Positions 9,566 to 17,391 of a DNA stretch of 26,778 nt are shown here, one piece after another. The notes beneath the pieces are model-generated. The model was not told the origin of the DNA, searched no databases, and saw only the letters and a program-made list of their open reading frames with translations. This DNA is from Candidatus Moraniibacteriota bacterium (GTDB lineage: Bacteria > Patescibacteriota > Minisyncoccia > Moranbacterales > UBA9337): positions 1 to 26,778 of the forward strand of contig JAGYNK010000005.1 of assembly GCA_018400055.1 (NCBI GenBank), in the 5' to 3' direction. Positions within the stretch are counted from its first letter, which is position 1; every line of letters begins with the position of its first letter. The translations under genes and the position numbers were made by a program.

Positions 9566-9814
9566 ATGAAAGCTGAAGAAAAAACAAGTAAAAAAGCTGC
9601 CAAGAAGAAAGGTGTAGTTGTAAGCGATAAAATGGATAAGACGATTGTGGTGGCGGTAGAGAGATACAAGACACATCCCAGATATTTGAAGAAATGCCGT
9701 TTTACCAAAAAATATAAAGTTCATGACCGAGAGAATAAATACAAAGAGGGGGATAAAGTTGAATTTATTGAAGCTAAGCCGATTAGTCACGGTAAAAAGT
9801 TTAAAGTTGCATAA
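9566..9814 (+). CDS. rpsQ: 30S ribosomal protein S17
   Basis: GVVVSDKMDKTIVVAV, HPRY, KKYKVHD, GDKV, KPIS. Confidence 0.97.
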   Translation: MKAEEKTSKKAAKKKGVVVSDKMDKTIVVAVERYKTHPRYLKKCRFTKKYKVHDRENKYKEGDKVEFIEAKPISHGKKFKVA

Positions 9815-9878
9815 GCCATCAAGCGAGGTTAATTTATTCTGAATAATTATAAGGTGAAAGTAAAATAGTAAAATTATT

Positions 9879-10244
9879 ATGATACAAGCGGAAACAAAGT
9901 TAAAAGTAGCTGATAACTCCGGGGCTAAAACCATAGGATGCTTTAAGATTTTAGGAGGAAGCAAAAAGCGTTATGCTTATACGGGAGATGTGATAGTAGC
10001 GTCGGTTAAGTCTTCGGAACCGCGGGGTATGGTTAAAAAAGGAGATAAAGTTAAGGCGGTGATTGTAAGGCAGGTCCAGCCGATAAAAAGGAAAGACGGT
10101 TCCTGTATCCGATTTGATGAAAATGCTGCAGTTATTGTTGATGGGAAGGATCCAAAGGGAACAAGAATTTTTGGTCCTATCGCCAGAGAAGTAAAGGAAA
10201 AGGGGTTTAGTAAAATAGCCTCTTTGGCATTGGAAGTTTTGTAG
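9879..10244 (+). CDS. rplN: 50S ribosomal protein L14
   Basis: [50 protein letters not shown]. Confidence 0.99.
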   Translation: MIQAETKLKVADNSGAKTIGCFKILGGSKKRYAYTGDVIVASVKSSEPRGMVKKGDKVKAVIVRQVQPIKRKDGSCIRFDENAAVIVDGKDPKGTRIFGPIAREVKEKGFSKIASLALEVL

Positions 10245-10248
10245 ATTA

Positions 10249-10339
10249 CTGCGAAGTGCGAATTTTATCTTGACTACCGGAAGGCAGGCGAAATTATGAA
10301 TAAATTAAATTTTTTCGCCGTTTCATTCGTAATTTGCAG
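10249..10339. repeat. cgaat-family hairpin carrying a degenerate 20-bp GC-rich palindrome
   Basis: ctgcgaagtgcgaat (10249-10263) versus attcgtaatttgcag (10325-10339), 12/15 plus 2 wobbles; cttgactaccggaaggcagg (10269-10288) is 16/20 identical to 14441-14460. Confidence 0.6.
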
Positions 10340-10348
10340 GAAAATATT

Positions 10349-10657
10349 ATGAAGATTAAAAAAGGAGATCAAGTTCAAATAATTTCGGGAAAGGATCGGG
10401 AGAAACGCGGTAAAGTTTTGCGTGTTTTTCCCAAAATCATGAAAGTGACGGTGGAAAAGGTTAATATTATCAAGAAGCATGTCCGTCCCAAAAAAGAGGG
10501 AGCCAAAGGTCAGCGGGTGGAAATCCCGGCCCCTATGGATGTTTCCAATGTTATGTTGATTTGTCCCAAATGCGGGAAAATGACTCGAGTAGGTTTTAAG
10601 ACGGAAAATAAAAATAAATTCAGGATATGTAAAAAGTGCGGAAGCGAAATTGCGTAA
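10349..10657 (+). CDS. rplX: 50S ribosomal protein L24, CxxC...CxxC type (start moved to 10349)
   Basis: MKIKKGDQVQIISGKDR, VEKVNIIKKH, PMDVSNV, CPKC and CKKC. Confidence 0.96.
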   Translation: MKIKKGDQVQIISGKDREKRGKVLRVFPKIMKVTVEKVNIIKKHVRPKKEGAKGQRVEIPAPMDVSNVMLICPKCGKMTRVGFKTENKNKFRICKKCGSEIA

Positions 10658-10715
10658 GTCAGAAACGCAAGTGATAATAAAATGAAAAATATTTTTTGAA
10701 ATATACCAAAGACAT

Positions 10716-11276
10716 ATGAAAGTAAAGGCGCTTAAAATTAAATATGAAGAAGAGGTGATTTCCAAAATGAAGGAAAAGTTTGGCTATGAAAATGATTTGG
10801 CGGTTCCCAGATTTGAAAAGGCGGTAGTGAATGTGGGCATAGGAAAATTCAATGGCGAGAAAGAAAAGGTGGAAGAAGTGAAAAAAGATTTGCAGCTTAT
10901 AACCGGACAAAAACCATTAATGACTAAAGCAAAAAAAGCCATTTCCGGATTTAAAATTCGCGAGAATATGGAAATAGGCATAAAAACAACCTTAAGAGGA
11001 AAAAGAATGTGGGATTTTACAGATCGTTTGATCAACATTGCTCTTCCCAGAACGAGAGATTTTCAGGGAATTTCACCGAAGGCTGTGGATAAAAATGGAA
11101 ATTTGAATATTGGCGTTAAGGAGCATACCATTTTTCCGGAAATTTTTTCAGAAAAAGTTAAAAATATATTCAGCTTTCAAATTACGCTGGTAACCAGCGC
11201 CAAGAGCAAAAAAGAAGGTTTGGAATTTTTTAAGTCGTTGGGATTTCCGATAAGGGCAATCACGAATCAACGCTAA
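10716..11276 (+). CDS. rplE: 50S ribosomal protein L5
   Basis: VVNVGIG, ITGQKP, AKKAISGFKIRE, TLRGKRMWDF, LPRTRDFQG, GNLNIG. Confidence 0.99.
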   Translation: MKVKALKIKYEEEVISKMKEKFGYENDLAVPRFEKAVVNVGIGKFNGEKEKVEEVKKDLQLITGQKPLMTKAKKAISGFKIRENMEIGIKTTLRGKRMWDFTDRLINIALPRTRDFQGISPKAVDKNGNLNIGVKEHTIFPEIFSEKVKNIFSFQITLVTSAKSKKEGLEFFKSLGFPIRAITNQR

Positions 11277-11362
11277 TTTATTCCGAATAATTCCAAATAG
11301 AAACAATAAATTTTAACTGTTATTAAAGTATAATTTTTTAGATTAGGTATTGATTTAATTAT

Positions 11363-11548
11363 ATGGCAAAAGAATCAACACAAGCGAGAGCTCAAAAGAA
11401 ACCGAAATTTTCCACTCGGATTGTTCGGCGTTGCTGGAGATGCGGAAGGAAACACGGATATATGAGAAAGTTTAAAATTTGCAGAATTTGTTTTAGGGAA
11501 TTGGCGGAAAAAGGAGAAATGCCGGGAATAAAAAAGAGTAGTTGGTAA
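11363..11548 (+). CDS. rpsZ: 30S ribosomal protein S14, Zn-binding type Z
   Basis: 61 aa; RCWRCGR...CRICFRELA...PGIKKSSW. Confidence 0.97.
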   Translation: MAKESTQARAQKKPKFSTRIVRRCWRCGRKHGYMRKFKICRICFRELAEKGEMPGIKKSSW

Positions 11549-11549
11549 A

Positions 11550-11638
11550 TAGTTTACGGTTCATAGTTCGCAGTTCACGGATTATGGCAATGCTAAAAAG
11601 CAAAAGTCCGTGAACTGATAACTATTAACCAAAAACTA
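11550..11638. repeat. Heptamer-array hairpin, (t/c)agttca family, sister of 6074-6154
   Basis: tagttta cggttca tagttcg cagttca cgga ... tccg tgaactg ataacta ttaacca aaaacta; perfect 11-bp inner stem cagttcacgga/tccgtgaactg. Confidence 0.8.
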
Positions 11639-11645
11639 AAAATTT

Positions 11646-12050
11646 ATGTTAGATCCAATAAGCGATATGATTACCAGATTAAGAAATGCCCAAATGGCCG
11701 GGCATAGGGATTTAATTATTCCTCATTCCAAATTAAAGTGGTCTATCGCCAAGATTTTGGAAGATAAAAAATTTATTGAGTCGGCTGCCAAAGAAAAAGC
11801 GGGCAACTTTGATGCGATTAAAATAGTCCTTAAATATAAAAAGATTTCCAATACCAAAAAAATGCCGGCTATAAGCGGAATAAGAAGGGTAAGCCGGGAA
11901 GGTCAAAGAATTTATCTGAAGAGAGGCAATATAAAAAAGGTCAAGAACGGTTACGGCATGGCTATTATTTCAACATCAAAAGGCTTGTTGCCGGGAGAAG
12001 AAGCTTATAAGAGAAAAATAGGAGGAGAATGCATTTGCGAAGTCTGGTAA
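11646..12050 (+). CDS. rpsH: 30S ribosomal protein S8
   Basis: DPISDMITRLRNA, RVSREGQRIY, GMAIISTSKG, GGECICEVW. Confidence 0.98.
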   Translation: MLDPISDMITRLRNAQMAGHRDLIIPHSKLKWSIAKILEDKKFIESAAKEKAGNFDAIKIVLKYKKISNTKKMPAISGIRRVSREGQRIYLKRGNIKKVKNGYGMAIISTSKGLLPGEEAYKRKIGGECICEVW

Positions 12051-12138
12051 AAATGTTCCAGTTGTTCTAATTGTTTAAGGTGTTTAAAATATTGAAAACG
12101 ATTTCGACAACTAAAACAAGCAAAGCGATAGAGCATTT
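12051..12138. repeat. Degenerate nonamer-array hairpin
   Basis: aaatgttcc agttgttct aattgttta aggtgttta faces a 9-nt periodic run ending in agagcattt; the outer 8 bp aaatgttc/gagcattt pair with one wobble. Confidence 0.5.
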
Positions 12139-12163
12139 TAAATATTCATAATATTTTATATAT

Positions 12164-12706
12164 ATGAGCAGAATAGGAAAAAAACCAATTAAAGTTCCGG
12201 AAAATGTCAAAGCGGAAATAGAAAACGGTAAAATTTCAATAACAGGCCCCAAAGGATCTCTGTCCTTTTTGCATCGCCCGGAAGTTTCAGCTGGTTTTTC
12301 CGAAGGCGAGATAACGGTTAAAAAGAAAAGCCATTCCAAAAAGGCTCCGGCTTTTTGGGGAACTACCGCCAGGATAATTGAAAATATGATAGAGGGAGTA
12401 ACGAACGGTTTTGAGAAACAGCTGGAGTTAAACGGGGTGGGATTCAGAATGTCGGTAAACGGAAACAAGATTGATATGGCATTAGGTTTTTCTCATCCGG
12501 TAGAAGCAAGCATTCCGGAGGGAATTGAAGCTAAAATTGAAGGGAATATTTTAACCGTTTCCGGCATTGATAAACAGAGAGTGGGACAATTTGCCGCTGA
12601 AATAAGGGCGTTGAAGCCGGCTGAGCCCTATAAAGGAAAAGGCTTTAAATATGTGGGTGAAGTGATAATAAGAAAGGAGAAAAAGAAGATGGCAGCAGCG
12701 GAATAA
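12164..12706 (+). CDS. rplF: 50S ribosomal protein L6
   Basis: MSRIGKKPI, GPKG, GVTNGFEKQLEL, LGFSHP, GIDKQRVGQFAAEIR, EPYKGKG. Confidence 0.99.
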   Translation: MSRIGKKPIKVPENVKAEIENGKISITGPKGSLSFLHRPEVSAGFSEGEITVKKKSHSKKAPAFWGTTARIIENMIEGVTNGFEKQLELNGVGFRMSVNGNKIDMALGFSHPVEASIPEGIEAKIEGNILTVSGIDKQRVGQFAAEIRALKPAEPYKGKGFKYVGEVIIRKEKKKMAAAE

Positions 12707-12722
12707 TATAATTTATACATGT

Positions 12723-13082
12723 ATGACTACAAAAGAATCAAGAAATAAATTAAGATTAAAGAGAAAAAAGCGCGTTACCGCCAAGATTTTTGGCACGGCT
12801 AAAAAACCGAGAATAACGGTTTTCAGAAGCTTAAGGAATATGTATGTTCAAGCGATTGATGATGAAAAAGGAGTAACATTAGTTAGCGCTAAAGCCGGAG
12901 AAATAGCCGGCAAAACCAAAAAAGGAAAAATTGAATTGGCCAAAGAGACAGGAAAATTAATGGCCAAGAAATGCGCCAAGATTAAAATTTCTCAAGCTGT
13001 ATTTGACAGAGGCGGATATAAGTATCACGGAAAAGTAAAGGCCTTGACGGAAGGATTAAGAGAAGGCGGGCTAAAAATGTAA
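12723..13082 (+). CDS. rplR: 50S ribosomal protein L18
   Basis: PRITVFRS, YVQAIDD, VFDRGGYKYHGKVKAL...REGGL. Confidence 0.97.
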   Translation: MTTKESRNKLRLKRKKRVTAKIFGTAKKPRITVFRSLRNMYVQAIDDEKGVTLVSAKAGEIAGKTKKGKIELAKETGKLMAKKCAKIKISQAVFDRGGYKYHGKVKALTEGLREGGLKM

Positions 13083-13157
13083 ATCACTAATCAAAGCAAA
13101 TTTTATCACGGATAATCTCGAATAAAAATAAAAAATCATTAGTGTTAATTAGGGATT
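13082..13157. repeat. Degenerate cactaat/attagtg inverted repeat
   Basis: aatcactaat (13082-13091) versus attagggatt (13148-13157), 9/10; extra attagtg at 13138-13144. Confidence 0.4.
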
Positions 13158-13166
13158 AAAATTATT

Positions 13167-13679
13167 ATGAAAAGATTCAATAAAAGAAGAGAAAAACCTG
13201 AGTTTGACCAGAAGCTTTTAGATTTGGCGCGAGTTACGCGTGTGGTTAAAGGAGGAAGAAGATTTCGCTTTAGAGCCACTTTGGTTATTGGCAATAGAAA
13301 GGGAAAAGTCGGAGTGGGAGTGGACAAGGGATCGGATGTGGCTGACGCGATAAAGAAAGCTTTTGATAAGGCCAAGAAAAATATGATAGAAATTGATGTT
13401 TCTAGCGGGACTATTTCGCATGATGTTTTGCAAAAATTGGGAGGAGCCAAGGTTCTTTTGAAGCCGGCTTCCAAGGGAAGAGGCATTATTGCCGGAGGAG
13501 CAGTTAGGGCAGTAATGGATTTGGCCGGTATAAAAGACATAGTTTCCAAGTCATTAGGCTCGTCCAATAAATTGAATGTGGCCAGAGTTACCATGGAAGC
13601 ATTGAAACAGCTTTCTATAACTCGCAAATTAAAAGGAGATTTATCCATCAAAAAGAAAGAGAAAAAAGCAGAAAAATAA
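13167..13679 (+). CDS. rpsE: 30S ribosomal protein S5
   Basis: RVTRVVKGGRRFRF, VVIGN-like LVIGNRKGKVGVG, LKPASKGRGIIAGGAVRAV, KSLGS. Confidence 0.98.
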   Translation: MKRFNKRREKPEFDQKLLDLARVTRVVKGGRRFRFRATLVIGNRKGKVGVGVDKGSDVADAIKKAFDKAKKNMIEIDVSSGTISHDVLQKLGGAKVLLKPASKGRGIIAGGAVRAVMDLAGIKDIVSKSLGSSNKLNVARVTMEALKQLSITRKLKGDLSIKKKEKKAEK

Positions 13680-13688
13680 GTTAATTTT

Positions 13689-14114
13689 ATGCAAATAAAC
13701 GAATTAAAAATTAATAAGAAAAAAAACCGCAAGAGAATAGGTCGGGGAGGCAGAAGAGGCACTTATTCCGGGAAGGGAATGAAAGGACAAAAAGCTCGTT
13801 CCGGAATTAAAAAAGATCTCTTGTTTGAAGGTGGGCAGACTTCCTTAATAGACCGTTTGAAAAAAACGCGAGGTTTTAAATCTGTTCATCCGAAAAAGAA
13901 CGTTGTTAATCTCAAGGATTTGGAGAATAAATTTAAAAGCGGAGAAGAAGTGAATTTGGAAAGTTTAGTCAAGGTTGGGTTAGTAACAAGAAAGAATATT
14001 AAAAACGGGGTAAAGATTTTGGGAGACGGTAAATTGACTAAAAAAATTACTGTAGGTAAAGGTATTTTGCTTTCCAAGTCAGCTAAAAAAGTAATCGGGA
14101 AAAGTAGTAAATAA
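13689..14114 (+). CDS. rplO: 50S ribosomal protein L15
   Basis: KRIGRG...GTYSGKGMKGQKARSG, FEGGQT, VVNL, KILGDGKL, SKSA. Confidence 0.97.
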   Translation: MQINELKINKKKNRKRIGRGGRRGTYSGKGMKGQKARSGIKKDLLFEGGQTSLIDRLKKTRGFKSVHPKKNVVNLKDLENKFKSGEEVNLESLVKVGLVTRKNIKNGVKILGDGKLTKKITVGKGILLSKSAKKVIGKSSK

Positions 14115-14162
14115 CATGTATTAAGTATCAAGCGAGGTTTTCGGTATGTTTTTAAAATATTT

Positions 14163-14189
14163 ACACACTGTTTCGGCAGTGTGTTTTTT
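14163..14189 (+). terminator. Intrinsic terminator after rplO
   Basis: Stem acacactg (14163-14170)/cagtgtgt (14177-14184), loop tttcgg (UUCG-like), then a T run to 14189. Confidence 0.8.
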
Positions 14190-14274
14190 ATTTTCTAAAA
14201 AATATTTTCATATAACCACATAAGGACACAATGAATGATATTGCAAGATTTATCAGAGCGCCTAAATATTATTT

Positions 14275-14310
14275 TAGAGGCATCTATAGATGCCTCTATA
14301 GATGCCTCTA
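14275..14310. repeat. 24-bp perfect palindrome with one 12-bp arm duplicated in tandem
   Basis: tagaggcatcta | tagatgcctcta | tagatgcctcta. Confidence 0.9.
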
Positions 14311-14432
14311 TTTTCAATAAATATTTCAATATTTTATTTTAATTATTACTGGTATTAGAATAGCTGCTCTTTTATATATTTTTTATTTATAAGAATTATC
14401 TGTGTTGCTTACGGTTTTCTAATTTTATTTTC

Positions 14433-14490
14433 TGTCATTTCCTGCCTGCCGGCAGGCAGGCGACCGAAACGAGCGAGGTACGAGTGAGTG
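14433..14490. repeat. REP-like element containing the perfect 20-bp palindrome cctgcctgccggcaggcagg
   Basis: Palindrome at 14441-14460, flanked by tgtcattt and cgaccgaaacgagcgaggtacgagtgagtg; a GC-rich island in an AT-rich spacer. Confidence 0.65.
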
Positions 14491-14553
14491 ATAAGTAATT
14501 AAAAATTTTAAAATAAGTCGGTCTGAGTAGCGCTTTTAAGGATATGAGAAAAC

Positions 14554-14582
14554 TTGAAAAAAATAATTTGACGCTGTATTAT
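14554..14582 (+). promoter_or_regulatory. Candidate sigma70 promoter for secY
   Basis: TTGAAA (14554-14559), 17-bp spacer, TATTAT (14577-14582); lies downstream of the rplO terminator. Confidence 0.6.
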
Positions 14583-14634
14583 AAAGAAGTGATATGTAAT
14601 TAGTAATAAAGGATTTTAAAGAAAAAGCAAAATT

Positions 14635-15918
14635 ATGTTTGAAAAAGCGATTAATAAGATAGCTCAAATTTTTAAGGTTAAGGAATTAAGAAATAAAATT
14701 CTCTTTATTTTGGCGATTTTGATAGTGTTCAGATTGGCGGCCAGTGTCCCTCTTCCGGGAGTGGATGCCGAACAGCTGAAAAGTTTTTTTGAAGGCAATG
14801 AGCTTTTCGGACTGCTGAATATTTTTTCCGGTGGAGGATTGGGAAATATTTCCATCGTTCTTTTGGGAGTGGGTCCCTATATTACCGCTTCAATCATAAT
14901 GCAGCTTTTGACTATGATTGTTCCGCGTCTGGAGCAGTTATATAAAGAAGAGGGAGAAGCCGGACGGCAAAAGTTCAATATGTGGACACGCTGGCTTACG
15001 GTTCCTTTGGGCGGAATGCAAACTTTCGGGATGATTTCTTTGTTGCGCTCTCAGCAAGTTTTCGGAGAACTTTCCTCTTTTGATATAGTTACCATAGTGA
15101 CGGTAGCTACGGCCGGAACAATTTTTCTGATGTGGTTGGGGGAGCTTATTACCGAAAAGGGAATAGGAAATGGAGTTTCTATGATAATTTTTGCCGGAAT
15201 AGTCGCCAGTCTTCCCGGAGGAGTTTCCCGTATGGCGGCCACTTTTGATTCCACCCAATTTTTTACTTACATTTTGTTTGTAGCCATAGCTTTGGTGACT
15301 ATTGCCGGAGTAGTTTTAGTTAATGAAGGTCAAAGAAATATTCCCATTTCTTATGCCAAGAGAATTCGGGGAAACAGGACTTATGGAGGAACATCAACTC
15401 ATTTGCCTTTAAAAGTGAATCAAGCGGGAGTGATTCCTCTTATTTTTGCCATTTCCATAATGCTTTTTCCGGGAGTAATCGCCAGTTTTTTATCTAACGT
15501 AAACAATGCTACTGTGGCCGGCGTGGCGGCTTCAGTGGCTGCCGTTTTCCAAAATCAGTGGTTTTACGGAGCCATGTATTTTATTATGGTGGTCATGTTT
15601 ACCTATTTTTATACAGCGGTAATATTTGATCCCTATAAAGTTTCCGAGAATTTGCAGAAGCAAGGAGGATATGTCCCGGGAATTCGTCCGGGAACTTCCA
15701 CTTCTGAGTATTTGTATAAAATAATGAACAGAATTACTTTGTCGGGAGCCATATTTTTGGGCATTATCGCGATCTTGCCTTTGATAGTCCAAGGACTTAC
15801 CGGAATTCAAAATCTAACTATTGGAGGGGCCAGCGTCTTAATTACCGTAGCGGTGGTTATTGAGACGGTTAAGCAAGTGGAAGGTCAATTGGTGATGAGG
15901 GATTACGAAGGGTTCTGA
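14635..15918 (+). CDS. secY: Preprotein translocase subunit SecY
   Basis: 427 aa, multiple hydrophobic segments; LGVGPYITASIIMQLL, FLMWLGELITEKGIGNGVS, LPLKVNQAGVIPLIFA, GGYVPGIRPG. Confidence 0.99.
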   Translation: MFEKAINKIAQIFKVKELRNKILFILAILIVFRLAASVPLPGVDAEQLKSFFEGNELFGLLNIFSGGGLGNISIVLLGVGPYITASIIMQLLTMIVPRLEQLYKEEGEAGRQKFNMWTRWLTVPLGGMQTFGMISLLRSQQVFGELSSFDIVTIVTVATAGTIFLMWLGELITEKGIGNGVSMIIFAGIVASLPGGVSRMAATFDSTQFFTYILFVAIALVTIAGVVLVNEGQRNIPISYAKRIRGNRTYGGTSTHLPLKVNQAGVIPLIFAISIMLFPGVIASFLSNVNNATVAGVAASVAAVFQNQWFYGAMYFIMVVMFTYFYTAVIFDPYKVSENLQKQGGYVPGIRPGTSTSEYLYKIMNRITLSGAIFLGIIAILPLIVQGLTGIQNLTIGGASVLITVAVVIETVKQVEGQLVMRDYEGF

Positions 15919-15968
15919 GTTAAAATTTTTAATTTTATAATTTTCAATTTTTAATAAACTTATCAATT

Positions 15969-16745
15969 ATGCAGACGGCTAGTGTTAAAACTAAAGAAGA
16001 AATTGACATTATGCGCGAAGGTTGCCAAAAAACGGCTGAAATGGTGGAAGAGCTAGGAAGAAAAGCGAAGCCCGGAATCAGCACTTTGGAAATAGATGAG
16101 CTTGCGGAAAGGCTCATTTTAAATATGGGAGGCAGACCGGCTTTTAAAGGTTACGGAAAAGAAAGCGGCTATCCTTTTCCGGCTACAATTTGTGCTTCCA
16201 TTAACAACGAAGTGGTTCATGGAATACCCAAGAAAAGCCGGATTTTACAAGAGGGAGAAATTTTTAAGATTGATACCGGAATGATATACAAGGGAATGTT
16301 TACGGATATGACGCGCGCTTTTGCAGTAGGCGAGATAAGCGATGAAAAACGGAGGATTATTTCCGTAGCTAAAGGCGCTTTTTATGCCGGTTTGAAAAAA
16401 ATAAAGCCCGGTAAGCTTTTAAGCGATTATTCCAAAGCGGTTCAGAAATATGTTGAAAAGAGAAATTTTTCAATAGTGCGTGATTTAACCAGTCATGGCA
16501 TCGGGAAAAATCTTCACGAGTCTCCGCAAATTCTTAATTTTTACCATCAGGGCTATGAAGATTTAGAATTAAAAGCGGGAATGACTTTTGCTTTAGAGCC
16601 GATAATCAATGCTGGAGGTCCCGAAATTGTTACCGGCGAAGACGGATGGACATTGGAAACTATGGATGGAAGTTTAAGCGGGCATTGGGAAAATACGATT
16701 GTGATAACTGAAAATGGAGCGGAGATACTGACAAAGACACAATAG
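15969..16745 (+). CDS. map: Methionine aminopeptidase type I
   Basis: ICASINNEVVHGIP, IDTG, DMTR, HGIG..LHE, ALEP, HWENT metal ligands. Confidence 0.96.
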   Translation: MQTASVKTKEEIDIMREGCQKTAEMVEELGRKAKPGISTLEIDELAERLILNMGGRPAFKGYGKESGYPFPATICASINNEVVHGIPKKSRILQEGEIFKIDTGMIYKGMFTDMTRAFAVGEISDEKRRIISVAKGAFYAGLKKIKPGKLLSDYSKAVQKYVEKRNFSIVRDLTSHGIGKNLHESPQILNFYHQGYEDLELKAGMTFALEPIINAGGPEIVTGEDGWTLETMDGSLSGHWENTIVITENGAEILTKTQ

Positions 16746-16809
16746 TCTTAGCAACTTCTGTAGTATTTTGCATATTTATCAGTTTAATCGTAACTATTAT
16801 TTTAACCGG

Positions 16810-16841
16810 CCTACTCCCATATATTAATATATGGGAGTAGG
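16810..16841. repeat. 32-bp perfect palindrome, copy 1; candidate operator or recombination site
   Basis: cctactcccatatattaatatatgggagtagg equals its own reverse complement. Confidence 0.95.
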
Positions 16842-16900
16842 AAAATAGAAAATATAGAAAATAGCAAAAATTATTTAAGTATTTTTGAATAAGTAAAAAT

Positions 16901-17323
16901 ATGTCAAAAGTGAAGCCTTACGGCTTAGATTATAGGGAAAAAAAGAGAATAGTTTTGGTAATGTTTGAAATCATTGGAAGATTGAAAACTAAAAAAGAAA
17001 TTATTGATTTTTTGTTGGGGCTTTTAACCGCCAGTGAAGCATTAATGATAGCGCGTCGGATTGAAATTGCCGTATTACTTTTAAAAAAAGAAAGCTTTAG
17101 TAAAATTAAACGAAAACTTAAAGTTGGTAATAATACTATTCAGCAGGTGGAAAGATGGCTTTACGATGGTGATGAAAAACAAAGAAAATGGTTGGCGGTG
17201 CATATCCTTCCGGAATTAAAATCAAAAGAAGGAACGAAAACCTATTCAAAACCCAGGTACACAGGCAGTATTCTTGATCGTTATTCACATCATCGTTTTT
17301 TAAAAGATTTGTTGGGATTATAA
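16901..17323 (+). CDS. TrpR-like (YerC/YecD-type) helix-turn-helix regulator
   Basis: DFLLGLLTASEALMIARRIEIAVLL...SFSKIKRKLKVGNNTIQQVERWL fits the Trp-repressor family pattern LLT.SE..M.ARR..IA..L....Y..I...L.V...TI..V. Confidence 0.75.
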   Translation: MSKVKPYGLDYREKKRIVLVMFEIIGRLKTKKEIIDFLLGLLTASEALMIARRIEIAVLLLKKESFSKIKRKLKVGNNTIQQVERWLYDGDEKQRKWLAVHILPELKSKEGTKTYSKPRYTGSILDRYSHHRFLKDLLGL

Positions 17324-17391
17324 CAGTTTAAGATCTAATAGATTTAAGCTTATGTGCACAGTTAGCAAATAAGCGCAAGTGGTATATCTAA

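Noticed and set aside
10334-10348. ORF-track start for rplX at 10334
   Set aside because: A TTG inside the hairpin arm; MKIKKGD at 10349 is the canonical start
11329-11334. TATAAT upstream of rpsZ
   Set aside because: No -35 or TG extension; expected by chance in an AT-rich spacer
14231-14320. 29-aa ORF MNDIARFIRAPKYYFRGIYRCLYRCLYFQ preceded by AAGGA
   Set aside because: Its YRCL repeat is just the duplicated palindrome arm, the window's genes do not appear to use SD motifs, and there is no other coding evidence; ribosome profiling could reverse this
4064-15918. Alternative genetic code (TGA=Gly, code 25)
   Set aside because: TGA falls exactly at the expected ends of rpsJ and secY, and the conserved genes are uninterrupted under code 11
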